DNA from: Macrostomum lignano
Taxonomy: Eukaryota
Direction: 5' to 3'
NCBI GenBank assembly: GCA_002269645.1
Contig: NIVC01000036.1
Location: forward strand, 1 to 64,000
DNA: 64,000 nucleotides
The notes under the pieces were generated by a model. It saw only the letters and a list, made by a program, of their open reading frames with translations. It was not told the DNA's origin and searched no databases. Of the stretch, positions 48,846 through 59,769 are shown piece after piece (position 1 is the stretch's first letter; every line of letters begins with the position of its first letter). The position numbers and the translations under genes were made by a program.

Positions 48846-49499
48846 CCTCCACCCTCTGAGTATCTAGCATCCGCATTAGCCCTAGATGCGATTCGGCTCA
48901 CATCTTTGCAGAGCTCCATTAGCATTTCTGCTTCTAGCAAAAGCTGACTGAATACTTTCTAGAACAGACAGAAAATTCAATGCAAGCTTTGCAGATTTTC
49001 CCCGCCTAATGCATCAGGTTTTTTTTCCTTTTCGTCTGTTTAAAGGATGCAATGCTTGAACTGAGTTATTTTTTTATTCCGGGACTGAGTGCTGCTCTAG
49101 ATAAGTTAGCGCAGCTAGAAAATCCGCGATTTTGATTGACAGTTGAATCTGGTAATGCTGAAGATAATGAAAACAGTTTTCTTTCGAGCAATTCCATCAT
49201 CGCACGACTTAAGTGAGAACTTCGGTTCAAAAATTAGCTAATAAAATTTTGTTTTAAAAAGCAACACATTATAACAGCATGATTTCATTACTGTATAATC
49301 TAGAGTGAGACTGCCATGCAGAGCGCTTGCACAATATAATTTACAACCTATGAAAAAATGCTGTCAAATAAGGGCGATTCTATCAAAAGTATTTTATTAC
49401 GGTGCAATGAATCACTGCTTTTAATATACTAGTTCGGATTAGCACTAATTATCGCATTTCACTGCAGGAATGCATATGGGATCTGATAAAGTTAAACTA

Positions 49500-50150
49500 C
49501 TCAGTTGGGATATTTGGTGTTTGAGGATATTTGGGAGCCTTTAATTAGTTGGACAATACTCAACTGGGATATTTGGGGATCTCTAATTAGTTCGACTATA
49601 CTCAATTGGGATATTTTAAGATCTAATTGGTTGGACTATACTCAACTGGGATATTTGGGGATCTCTTTAATTAGTTGGACAATACTCAACTGGGATATTT
49701 GGGGATCTCTAATTGGTTTGACTATACTCAACTGGGATATCTGAGGATCTCTAATTGGTTTGACTATACTCAACTGGGATATTTGGGGATCTCTAATTGG
49801 TTTGACTATACTCAACTGGGATATTTGGGGATCTCTAATTAGTTGGCCTATACTCAACTGGGATATTTGAGGATCTCTAATTAGTTGGCCTATACTCAAC
49901 TGGGATATTTGGGGATCTCTAATTAGTTAGCCTATACTCAACTGGGATATTTGGGGATCTCTAATTGGTTAGCCTATACTCAACTGGGATATTTGGGGAT
50001 CTCTAATTGGTTAGCCTATACTCAACTGGGATATTTGGGGATCTCTAATTGGTTAGCCTATACTCAACTGGGATATTTAGGGATCTCTTTAATTGGTTGG
50101 ACTATGCTCAACTGGGATATTTGGGGATCTCTAATTAGTTGGACTACTCA
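49500..50150. repeat. 42-bp minisatellite
   Basis: Units of ATACTCAACTGGGATATTTGGGGATCTCTAATTGGTTAGCCT. Confidence 0.93.
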
Positions 50151-50340
50151 GTAAAAAAAGGACCTCAATTAATCAACAAGAGCCGCTAAGGGTCTCAAGC
50201 TAGATTGATATGCACCTGGGATATTTACCGATCTTCATCGCCTGACCCTCCAAAGAGATGCTTAAAGGATCTGAATTAAGACGGGCTCAGGTGGAATTTT
50301 CCCTAGATTTCGGCTCAATTAAAATCAAGTTAGATCAGTT

Positions 50341-51567
50341 CTAGTTCAGCCGGTACTCTGCCTGCCCTCGCACGGTCGGAGGCGCGGCTGCTGTCACGGC
50401 AGCGCCAGTTGCTGTCGAGGAGACGCCGCTGCAGTGCGAGCAGCCGCCGTCCTGAAGCTGCAGCCAGCGTTGCCGGGCGGCCATGGTGCCATCGTCTGCC
50501 AGCAGCAGCTGGTCATTCGTTGTTGGCGATAGAAACGCCTGCTGCTGTTGTTGTTGTTGGCTCTGCTGCTGTCGCGGCTGCTGACTCTGCTGGCCGCCAG
50601 CATTCCGCAGCGCTCTGCAGTACAGGGCACCCAGGCAGAGGCACATGCAGGCCGCTGTGGTCAGCAGCAGCAGGCAGAAGCACTCGGCAAAGAAGGCGGC
50701 CCGTCGCAGTCCGGGGCAGGCAGCCGGCAGCAGGTTGGCGAACTGCCGCCTGACCGTCGGGGACATCTCGCACAGGGCCAGCAGGTGCACCTTCACGATG
50801 CTGCCCGAGATCGCCAGCAGGCCGACCGAGGCTGCCAACGCCGAGATCGTCAGGGAGGCGACCAGGCCGCACACCGAGGCTCTGTCGCCGCCGATCTCGT
50901 CGGCATCAGCCCGAAACTCGCCGTCCATCTGGCAAGTGAGCAGCTGCAACTGCTGGCCGGCTCGCTGCCGTATCAACCGTTGACTCCTTCGTTGAAGTCG
51001 CAGACGAACCGGCAGGGCGGCCGTCAGCAGCATCAGCAGGCAGGCCGCTGAGCTGGCGTGCGCTAACAGGCGAATTAGCAGCCTGGGCGGCTCCCGCTGC
51101 CCGCCCGTGTACTCCAGGAAATTGCCTAGCAACCAGACGAAAGCTCCGACTGTCTGCTTCCAGTTGCCGGCTGATTCGGACGCAACCTGCGGCAGCGCCA
51201 GCGGTGAGGATGGCGCGGCTGTTGTAGCTGCTGAACCCGCCGGTGCTGACTGTGACTCATGCTCGGTGCAGTCCAGCCAAGTCACCCTGTCCGTCTTCGC
51301 GGATGAGCCGGTGGAGCCGATGCTGTACCTCAGGTAGCTGCCCGCTGACCACCAGGCGAAGGTGACCAGCTTGATGACGTCGATAGCCAGCACCAGAGCC
51401 GCCAGCAGCAGCAGTGCGCTGGCGAATCGGCCGGATCGGCCGTCCAGACGTCGAGATCGACAGGTCGGCGTCGGCGTTGTCTGTGTTGAGTGGAAATTCG
51501 ATCGCTTCTGGTTGTTCATGGGTTGGCAGCGGCTGTCTGGACTGTCTGATAACTGTGAGTTGGGCAA
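50341..51567 (-). CDS. Intronless 408-aa protein with four predicted transmembrane helices, family unassigned
   Basis: Long GC-rich ORF with four hydrophobic segments and a poly-Q tail. Composition matches local exons. Confidence 0.7.
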   Translation of the reverse strand: MPNSQLSDSPDSRCQPMNNQKRSNFHSTQTTPTPTCRSRRLDGRSGRFASALLLLAALVLAIDVIKLVTFAWWSAGSYLRYSIGSTGSSAKTDRVTWLDCTEHESQSAPAGSAATTAAPSSPLALPQVASESAGNWKQTVGAFVWLLGNFLEYTGGQREPPRLLIRLLAHASSAACLLMLLTAALPVRLRLQRRSQRLIRQRAGQQLQLLTCQMDGEFRADADEIGGDRASVCGLVASLTISALAASVGLLAISGSIVKVHLLALCEMSPTVRRQFANLLPAACPGLRRAAFFAECFCLLLLTTAACMCLCLGALYCRALRNAGGQQSQQPRQQQSQQQQQQQAFLSPTTNDQLLLADDGTMAARQRWLQLQDGGCSHCSGVSSTATGAAVTAAAPPTVRGQAEYRLN

Positions 51568-51607
51568 CCCTGCGGGGCAATTTTTAGGGGAAGGAGCTGA
51601 GAGCTGC

Positions 51608-51638
<31 letters not shown>

Positions 51639-52169
51639 TGTCTCGCTATCGCATTTTAGAGGGAGAAAGAGCTTCACCTCTGATTTGGCCAATCGCGCTG
51701 GGCTGCGGAGAGCTGAGGGCTTGGCTAGGCTGTGATGCCGCTGTGTCTGCCTGTCTGCGCCTGGCTCTGGGCTGTCATCTCTCTTCCCTGCAGCTCAGCT
51801 CCCCTTCCCCACTGGCCCTCTCACTGATTCTGTCTCCTTCTGCTCATTGGTGCGGTAAAAGCTCATTAAAACCTCTATAATCCTGAGTCTGTATCGGCGT
51901 TTGAGCGATATGCATGTGCGGCTGCAAGTTGCTGTGTATTCTTGCAATTCCACGGACTGGTTAAAGTTGTATCCCCTGTAGCAAAATAAATACTTTAAAA
52001 GTAGCACTATCTCTTTTAACTCATCTGTACGGTTAGTTATAATTATTATTTGCTACAGAAAAGCTGAAAGAATATACATGTGAATGGGTACTTGAAACAG
52101 AGAAATTAAGGCCAGTGCTGTTAACTAAGCGCAGACGTTCAGTGACTGAGGCGCCACAGTCGGTAAAAA

Positions 52170-53830
52170 ATGACACAGTCAGTGAAAGAGACGCCACAAC
52201 CTGAGGAAAGAGACACCACAATCGGGGAAAGAGACGCCACAATCGGGGAAAGAGACGCCACAATCGGGGAAAGAGACGCCACAATCGGGGAAAGAGACGC
52301 CACAATCGGGGAAAGAGACGCCACAATCGGGGAAAGAGACACCACAATCGGGGAAAGAGACGCCACAATCGGGGAAAGAGACGTCACAATCGGGGAAAGA
52401 GACGCCACAATCGGGGAAAGACACACCACAATCGGGGAAAGAGACGTCACAATCGGGGAAAGAGACGTCACAATCGGGGAAAGACACGTCACAATCGGGG
52501 AAAGAGACGTCACAATCGGGGAAAGAGACGTCACAATCGGGGAAAGAGACGTCACAATCGGGGAAAGAGACGCCACAATCGGGTAAAGACACGTCACAAT
52601 CGGGGAAAGAGACGCCACAATCGGGGAAAGAGACGCCACAATCGGGGAAAGAGACGTCACAATCGGGGAAAGAGACGTCACAATCGGGGAAAGAGACGTC
52701 ACAATCGGGGAAGAGACGCCACAATCGGGTAAAGACACACCACAATCGGGGAAAGAGACGTCACAATCGGGGAAAGAGACGTCACAATCGGGGAAAGAGA
52801 CGTCACAATCGGGGAAAGAGACGCCACAATCGGGGAAAGAGACGCCACAATCGGGGAAAGAGACGCCACAATCGGGGAATGAGTTTTTAAAATCGGGGAA
52901 AGAGACGCCACAATCGAGAAAGAGATGCCACAATCGAGAAAGAGATGCCACAATCGAGAAAGAGATGCCACAATCGAGAAAGAGACGCCACAATCGGGGA
53001 AAGAGACGCCACAATCGGGGAAAGAGACGCCACAATCGGGGAAAGAGACGCCACAATCGGGGAAAGAGACGCCACAATCGGGGAAAGAGACACCACAATC
53101 GGGGAAAGAGACGCCACAATCGGGGAAAGAGACGTCACAATCGGGGAAAGAGACGCCACAATCGGGGAAAGACACACCACAATCGGGGAAAGAGACGTCA
53201 CAATCGGGGAAAGAGACGCCACAATCGGGGAAAGAGACGTCACAATCGGGGAAAGAGACGCCACAATCGGGTAAAGACACACCACAATCGGGGAAAGAGA
53301 CGTCACAATCGGGGAAAGAGACGTCACAATCGGGGAAAGAGACGTCACAATCGGGGAAAGAGACGTCACAATCGGGGAAAGAGACGCCACAATCGGGGAA
53401 AGAGACGCCACAATCGGGGAAAGAGACGCCACAATCGGGGAATGAGTTTTTAAAATCGGGGAAAGAGACGCCACAATCGAGAAAGAGATGCCACAATCGA
53501 GAAAGAGATGCCACAATCGAGAAAGAGATGCCACAATCGAGAAAGAGATGCCACAATCGGGGAAAGAGACGTTATAATCGGGGAAAGAGACGCCACAATC
53601 GGGGAAAGAGACGCCACAATCGGGGAAAGAGACGTCACAATCGGGGAAAGAGACGCCACAATCGGGGAAAGACACCACAATCGGGGAAAGAGACGTCACA
53701 ATCGGGGAAAGAGACGCCACAATCGGGGAAAGACACACCACAATCGGGGAAAGAGACGTCACAATCGGGGAAAGAGACGCCACAATCGGGGAAAGACACC
53801 AAAATTGGTGAAAGAGACGTCACAATCGGA
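52170..53830. repeat. 21-bp minisatellite with higher-order duplication
   Basis: Units of CCACAATCGGGGAAAGAGACG. The variant block GAATGAGTTTTTAAAATC recurs at 52877 and 53440. Confidence 0.95.
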
Positions 53831-54234
53831 AAAGAAGTGCCAAACGAGGCGCATATTCGCCATCCAGCCCCTCAGCTGCATGTCACATATCACACACTCA
53901 CACACACAGTTGAAACGCTAGAAAATACAGTCTTGCCCTGTTTGCCCTCCACCAAAGCCACTCCATGCTGAACTGTGTCCTGCACTGCCGGCAATCTGAG
54001 TCCTCAGTGCCACCAGCCTTCAGCATTGAGCTCATTTGTTTGGCCACTCTGCCCAACTCTCCCTCTTTCCCTCTGTCTCTCCGTTTCTATTTCCTGCCAA
54101 TAGCGCTGTCAATAATGTCTGGCATAGCGGCCGTTCGCAAGCGTTTCTCTCTGTCCCCTTGCTGCATATTTTCATGCAATTCACCTTTGGGTATAAAAGG
54201 AGGAAAAACACAGTTTGGCCAAGCCTCCGATGTA

Positions 54235-55542
54235 CGAGGGATACTCTAAAAGTTTTGCAATTCGACTATTTAAAGTTAATTTTGGCAAACTTTTCTATTA
54301 CAATCCTTCAAAGTAGGCTCCCCGGAACTGCAAACACTTGTGCGCTCGTCCGAGCCACTTGTTCATCAAGCCCTGGAAGTCTTCAATTGGGATGCCGTCA
54401 ATCGTCTCCTTCGCCGCCTGCTCCAGCTCCTCGTCGGACTGAAACCTGCGCCCCCTAAGCGATTTTTTGATTTCTGGAAAGAGCCAGAAGTCGCAGGGGG
54501 CGAGGTCGGGTGAGTAGGGCGGGTGTGGTAGCGTTGAAATGCCCTCTTGGTCCAGGAACGCTCGAGTTGCAGCAGCCGTATGGGCGGGGGCGTTGTCATG
54601 GTGAAGTTTCCGCCCTCGCATTCCCGTCCTTGGTGCCCTCTGGGTCACGCTGTCGATCACGACTGGCAAGCACTCTTCAGTGTACCATCGAGCAGTGACT
54701 GTAGCTTGACCCTCCAGCTTCTCCATCGCCACCACGCCTTGTGAGTCGAAGAAGATGGCAAACATCCGCTTGCCCTGGGACCGGGACCGCCTTGCTTTCA
54801 GGGGTCGTTGCCCACCTTCCGGCACCCACTCTGCACTGCTGCGCTTTGTCTCGACGTCAAAATGATAGAGAAACGTCTCATCACCAGTGATGACCTCAGA
54901 GCGGCGCTGATGGCTCCCATGCTCATATTGATCGATGAGAAACTGACAGAACTCCATGCGGGCCTGTTTCTGAGCATCTGTCAGGATGTGGGGTATCCAT
55001 CGGGCACAAAGCTTCCTGACTCTCAGGTGATCGTGTAGAATCGTATCGACCGTTGCCGATTCAATGCTGACATTCATAGCTAGCATGTCCGTGGTGATTC
55101 GCGGATCCTGATGAATCAGCTCCTGCACTGCAGCGATGTTTTCCTCCGTCACTGCTGTCGGAGGTCTCCCGGGCCGGGGGTCGTCAGAAAAGCTGGTCCT
55201 GCTGGCCTGGAACTCGCGGTACCAGCGTGTAACCGTAGCATATGACGGCGCTTGAGCCTCCAATGTTGCTAGTAGCTCGGCATGAGTCTCAAGCGCCGTG
55301 AGCTTTCGCTTGTGGCAGTACCAAATTAGTAGCCGATTCTGCTCACGATTCAATTCCATGGCTGCAGCTGTACAGTTAAGGGGTCTCTGACTTTGACTGG
55401 GGGCTGAGCAGGCGTATATGTATGAATTCACTTGAAAATTGAGGTGGGGACTATGTACATGTTTATTGTACAGAGAGTTGGTTTTGAAGATTGTGCGACT
55501 TGCGCAAGTGGTTGAATTGCAAAACTTTTGGAGTATCCCTCG
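54235..55542 (-). mobile_element. Full-length mariner DNA transposon (1308 bp)
   Basis: TIR CGAGGGATACTC(T/C)AAAAGTTTTGCAATTC has 1 mismatch in 29 bp. TA duplication at 54233-54234 and 55543-55544. Confidence 0.97.
54298..55359 (-). CDS. Mariner DD34D transposase, 353 aa, intact
   Basis: MELNREQ start; HTH; WIPHILT; TGDET; HDNAPAH; YSPDLAPCDFWLF. Confidence 0.96.
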   Translation of the reverse strand: MELNREQNRLLIWYCHKRKLTALETHAELLATLEAQAPSYATVTRWYREFQASRTSFSDDPRPGRPPTAVTEENIAAVQELIHQDPRITTDMLAMNVSIESATVDTILHDHLRVRKLCARWIPHILTDAQKQARMEFCQFLIDQYEHGSHQRRSEVITGDETFLYHFDVETKRSSAEWVPEGGQRPLKARRSRSQGKRMFAIFFDSQGVVAMEKLEGQATVTARWYTEECLPVVIDSVTQRAPRTGMRGRKLHHDNAPAHTAAATRAFLDQEGISTLPHPPYSPDLAPCDFWLFPEIKKSLRGRRFQSDEELEQAAKETIDGIPIEDFQGLMNKWLGRAHKCLQFRGAYFEGL

Positions 55543-56894
55543 TAGCAATGCAACCAATAAGGACTTCCGCATTGCCTCCTCGACTCTTCTGTATAGATAT
55601 TGAAATATCGTTTGTGTAAACTCAAATCGATAAGCCAGTTTTTTTTGCAATCGTGCGCTCAACTCTCTATAAGTTGGATAGATGAACATGGAAAATGGTT
55701 TTGTATCATAAAAGTAGTTGCCTGCAGCACCCTAAATTGGTCTTCTACATCGCTGACTTTGTTACCAATTTATAATATTTCGATATTAGTAAGCTATATA
55801 CAATAGAACTGATAGAATTCCAAGCTGATAATCGATGCTCTCCGTAACGAAGAATTGTTTTTTGTTCGTAATTCTCTACTCACAGTAGAGAGTTAGGTAT
55901 TGTCTTGATATTGTATTAATTCGGATTGGGTTTCCCAGTCCCAGTGCTTAAAGTAAAGAAACTACAATATGTATGAACCAGGCGTTAGGGCGTCCTGGCC
56001 ATCAATATAAACGATTCGTCGGACATTGGGACGATCTGGTGATTCATGTAGACAGACGTGAACGCACTCCCTCAGCTGACAACGACGACATCGCCCTCCT
56101 TGAAGGCGCCCAGCATCAGATCGGCAGGCTGGTCAAAGTGGCTTCCAGCGATAACCTTGTGGTCAGCTGGAACTGTGGTCTTGTGGTCGCTCAAGACCGA
56201 TGACAATTGAATTCATTATGCCGGCCAGAAAAGGGGCCAGAAATGTCGCGGAGCAGACAGGCAGAAGACCACTCTCGCACACTGTCGGCGGTTCTTACTT
56301 GCAGGGGGTTCCGGGCATCTGGATGCAGCGGGGAGGCGTCGCCGCCCATTCCGACCAGGGGCAGCTGGTGCTGCGGTGTCGTGCAGGGAGATCCGGTGGT
56401 GCCAGTGTCCGCAACGCGGCTCCACTCTGGAGAGTCCAGGAAGTGCACGGATTGTCGCTCGCCCGGTAGCCCTTAGGTAGCAGACGAGCTGGCAGAGATT
56501 CTTGGGCGTGAAAGTGTCGGAGAGGTCCGGGTTTGAGCCGAGTTAGTTGTGCCCGTCCTGAAAGCTAGGGCAGTCAATTTTCATGGACCCAATGACCATT
56601 GCTAGCATTGGAGAAGCTCAGTCACCTACTCGCCAGACTGGAGCAGACATTCAACACTGCACATTTGGTCTGCAAGCAACTGCAACTCCTGCAGCTCATC
56701 CGTTTGGCCAGTCCAAAGATTAAAACAGATCCCTTGGATTGGTCAGAGCAGAGCTGCTCAATGAGGATTCAAACATCAGGGTAGCCATAAAGTGCGTCTC
56801 TTCTGCAAAAATTTTTTTGCCCTTTTTTTAAAATAAGCTCCCAAAACAGCAGCTAAGAAACTCCAGGTCCCTTAGAAACTTGAGAGCGTCGAGC

Positions 56895-57629
56895 ATGACA
56901 TCAATGAAAGTTCTGTCGCTGCTGCTGCTGATGCTGATGAGCTCACCCGGTGTGTCCCCTGGCCAGGTGTTCCACGTCATCAACGGCTCGCTCTGCATCC
57001 GGCCCGAGTTTACCAGAAACGAGCCTCGAGCCAGGTCGGACATTGAGTGCTCAAACCTCTGCAGCATGGAGCCGCGCTGTCAGGCGTTCAGCCTGGCTGA
57101 CGGTCCGTGCCAGCTGTTCGTGTTCGACAAGTGCAGCAAGTCGGTGAGGGACTGCGGCTGCTCCAGGAGAGGCCGGGTGTTCGTGAAGCAGCAGCCGGGA
57201 CTCGAGCCGGGCGCGCTGTGTCCGTCCGACTTCGGAGACGACCACTGCGGAGTGAAGTACAAGCTGTTCAATGCGATTAACACCTGGGCAGTGCAGAGAC
57301 AGAGGTGCGAGTCGGAGAGCGGTCTGGTGATCATGGCGGACGTGATCGACAGCGCCGAGCGGGCTGCCATCGGACAAGTTTACAACACGAAGGCTGGCGG
57401 CGTCTCCATGTGGGTCGGCGGCTTCCAGACTCCGGGCAGTGCGGAGCCCGACGGAGGCTGGCGCTGGGTGGCCTGCAACATCAGCTTCGACGCCAGCCTG
57501 TGGGCCAGCGCAGAGCCCGACAACAGAGGAGGCAGCGAGGGCGCAGTCTTTGCTCGCTTTGTTCTTGGTGACGCCAACCAAGGAACCTCAAGGAACGGGC
57601 TGTGCGAGTGCGTGTCGCCCTTCGAATGA
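56895..57629 (+). CDS. Secreted PAN/Apple + C-type lectin domain protein, intronless
   Basis: Signal peptide MKVLSLLLLMLM; PAN-like C..C...C....C; CTLD motifs TW..QRQRC, WVGG, WRW, W..AEPDN. Confidence 0.85.
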   Translation: MTSMKVLSLLLLMLMSSPGVSPGQVFHVINGSLCIRPEFTRNEPRARSDIECSNLCSMEPRCQAFSLADGPCQLFVFDKCSKSVRDCGCSRRGRVFVKQQPGLEPGALCPSDFGDDHCGVKYKLFNAINTWAVQRQRCESESGLVIMADVIDSAERAAIGQVYNTKAGGVSMWVGGFQTPGSAEPDGGWRWVACNISFDASLWASAEPDNRGGSEGAVFARFVLGDANQGTSRNGLCECVSPFE

Positions 57630-59769
57630 CGAAAAAATGAACTCAAGGTGTTTGCTTTGAATTCAGGCTAAACTTTCGTAGGCATCCGGCGTGTACTCAC
57701 ATGAGTCTGTACGATTGTTCCGCCGGAGCTCTTCTCATCAATATTCCCGTGCTTATTTTTCCAACATTTTTGGGTTTTGTTCAATTTTGCAGTTTGGAAG
57801 TTTTAGAGATCTGTAACTATCTTACGAAAAACGCTCGTATGCAGTACTTGAAGTATCATTGAAACGAAACGCTAGTCGAAAGAGAAAAGCTGTAATGGCT
57901 CCTTTTAAACAAAGTAAAAGACCTATTTATTATCATTCCTATGAAATGGCACTTTTCGAGAAAAAAAACGTTAGGATTATAGTGCTTACTATTGATAATT
58001 TATTCATTGCTATATTCGGTTGCTTTGGTCTTAGCTTAGTCGGCAGGCGGGGTGGCATCATAAACCCGAAATATCATAACTCCGAAAGTGTTAGCAATAT
58101 CCAACACTATTTTGGTTTTCGGAGTTATGATGAGGCGACCCAACAGGCGCACCAGTGGGACGTCAAAGGACGGCAGAGGAAGCAGTGTGTGTCCCAGTTT
58201 AGGGAGGCAGCGCACCGTTAATTTTTTGACTGACTGCGGGCTCAAGGTCCCACATTTGCTGTGTGTTGATCATTACCTAAAACCTACCTGCCCGTAGAAG
58301 CGGCAAGTTCCTGCTTGTCGTAGATCTGACATTTTTACGAACATTTTTAATTGCAGCCTGCTAATTAGCTCCAACTATGATTGATGTTAAATTGCTGTAC
58401 CGCTTCCAGTTATTTAAGCCTGTCTTCAATTTCGGAGGGCATGGGAATCGGCATCAATAGCTCCACAGTTGGCTATGAAGACAATAAATAATTGAACAGT
58501 GCTTCATTATATTATCCCATACCTGAAAGACATAAGTATGTCGTTCGTTAGCAGTTTGTTAGCAGCACATTGTACTACTTTTAGTATTAGCAGAAAAATA
58601 TTATGCACACGTTAGGAAAATGCTACTACTCGTACTAAAATCGATGTACTTGCGACACCGCAAAAGCTTTAGTAAAACTACTACAGGTTGCAATTGAAGG
58701 CTCCACGATTAGCTTGAGCAGAGAGCTACTAAAGACTATAGTCACAAAATAAAACTTTCTGGAAAGATGTTTGCCTCAGGCGGAGCTAAAATTGAGCCCA
58801 GAAGACGGGAGAGGCAGCGGTGTCCGCGCGTAGGTCGAAAAATCGTTGACTTTGATGCCCGCGTGCCCGGGGATCCAGAGCAGAGGGACCTGGCAAGACG
58901 GAAGAGGGATCGAGTGGGCCAGAGGCGGCAGGCACATGCGAATGCGTGGGGCAGAAGGACACCATTAAGCGAGAATGGGACTGACTCAGAGTGCTTGCGA
59001 GGGGCAGATAAGATGCAACCATGCAGTCTAAGAATAAATCGATAATAGACTGCCGTTAAAAGTACCCGTACAAGCGTACATGCCATGAATATCAGTGTAC
59101 GAGCTAATAGCCCGCAAAAGAATATGTGTTGCGCAAAATATAATACACCCATTCTTTTCAGATAGTTGGAATATATTTCTTGTCCAAGTCCTACGTTTTG
59201 GAAAAAAAAATCACGCTTCATTCGGCGGATCGCCAGTTTTTGATTTATCGAATCAGATTGGGGAATGGAGCAACTTTTCGGTTGACAGTAGTAGCTTTAA
59301 CTTTAGTTATTTTGGAGCGTGTGAAATGCGAAATTGTTATTGTAATATACACATGCAGTTAAATAAGCATGACGCAGATGTTTCCCATTGAAAAAGTAGC
59401 AAAAAGTGATTTTCTACTAACTAGCGTACTTTGCGAAAAGTGATCTCGAAATTTAGCTATTTCTAGCCCCGGATATCAGTAGCCGGATGTCCTAAAGCAA
59501 ACCTCTGTTTCCGCAGACTGACCACTCTCTTTCAACCTACAGTCGGATGTCCCAAGACAACTTCCCCTTCTTGTGATCTCCGGGCCGGATAGCAGAGTCA
59601 GTGCCGTACGATGTCCGGGAGAGACATCTCAAAGTACCCGGACAATGCAAAGCAGCTCAAGATATCCGGGAAGGAAAAAAAGCAGGTTTTTTGCTTGGCA
59701 GTATCCGGGCGGATATTGTAAGTGCGTTCGGATATCCGGGCCAGACAAAAAAACCCGGATAGTCTAAAG

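Noticed and set aside
478-53971. Long periodic ORFs over tandem arrays (e.g. 478-876, 3445-4580, 39861-40831, 43991-45788, 47453-48031, 52033-53971)
   Set aside because: They are open in several frames and on both strands only because the units lack stops. Most lie in introns or gaps of real genes.
55360-55689. Treating the 463-aa ORF start (55689) as the native transposase start
   Set aside because: It lies outside the TIR. The mariner-like N-terminus begins at 55359. Kept only as a possible fusion.
55973-56550. GC-rich coding-like patch with a possible minus-strand exon
   Set aside because: It needs an assumed frameshift and gives no recognisable protein.
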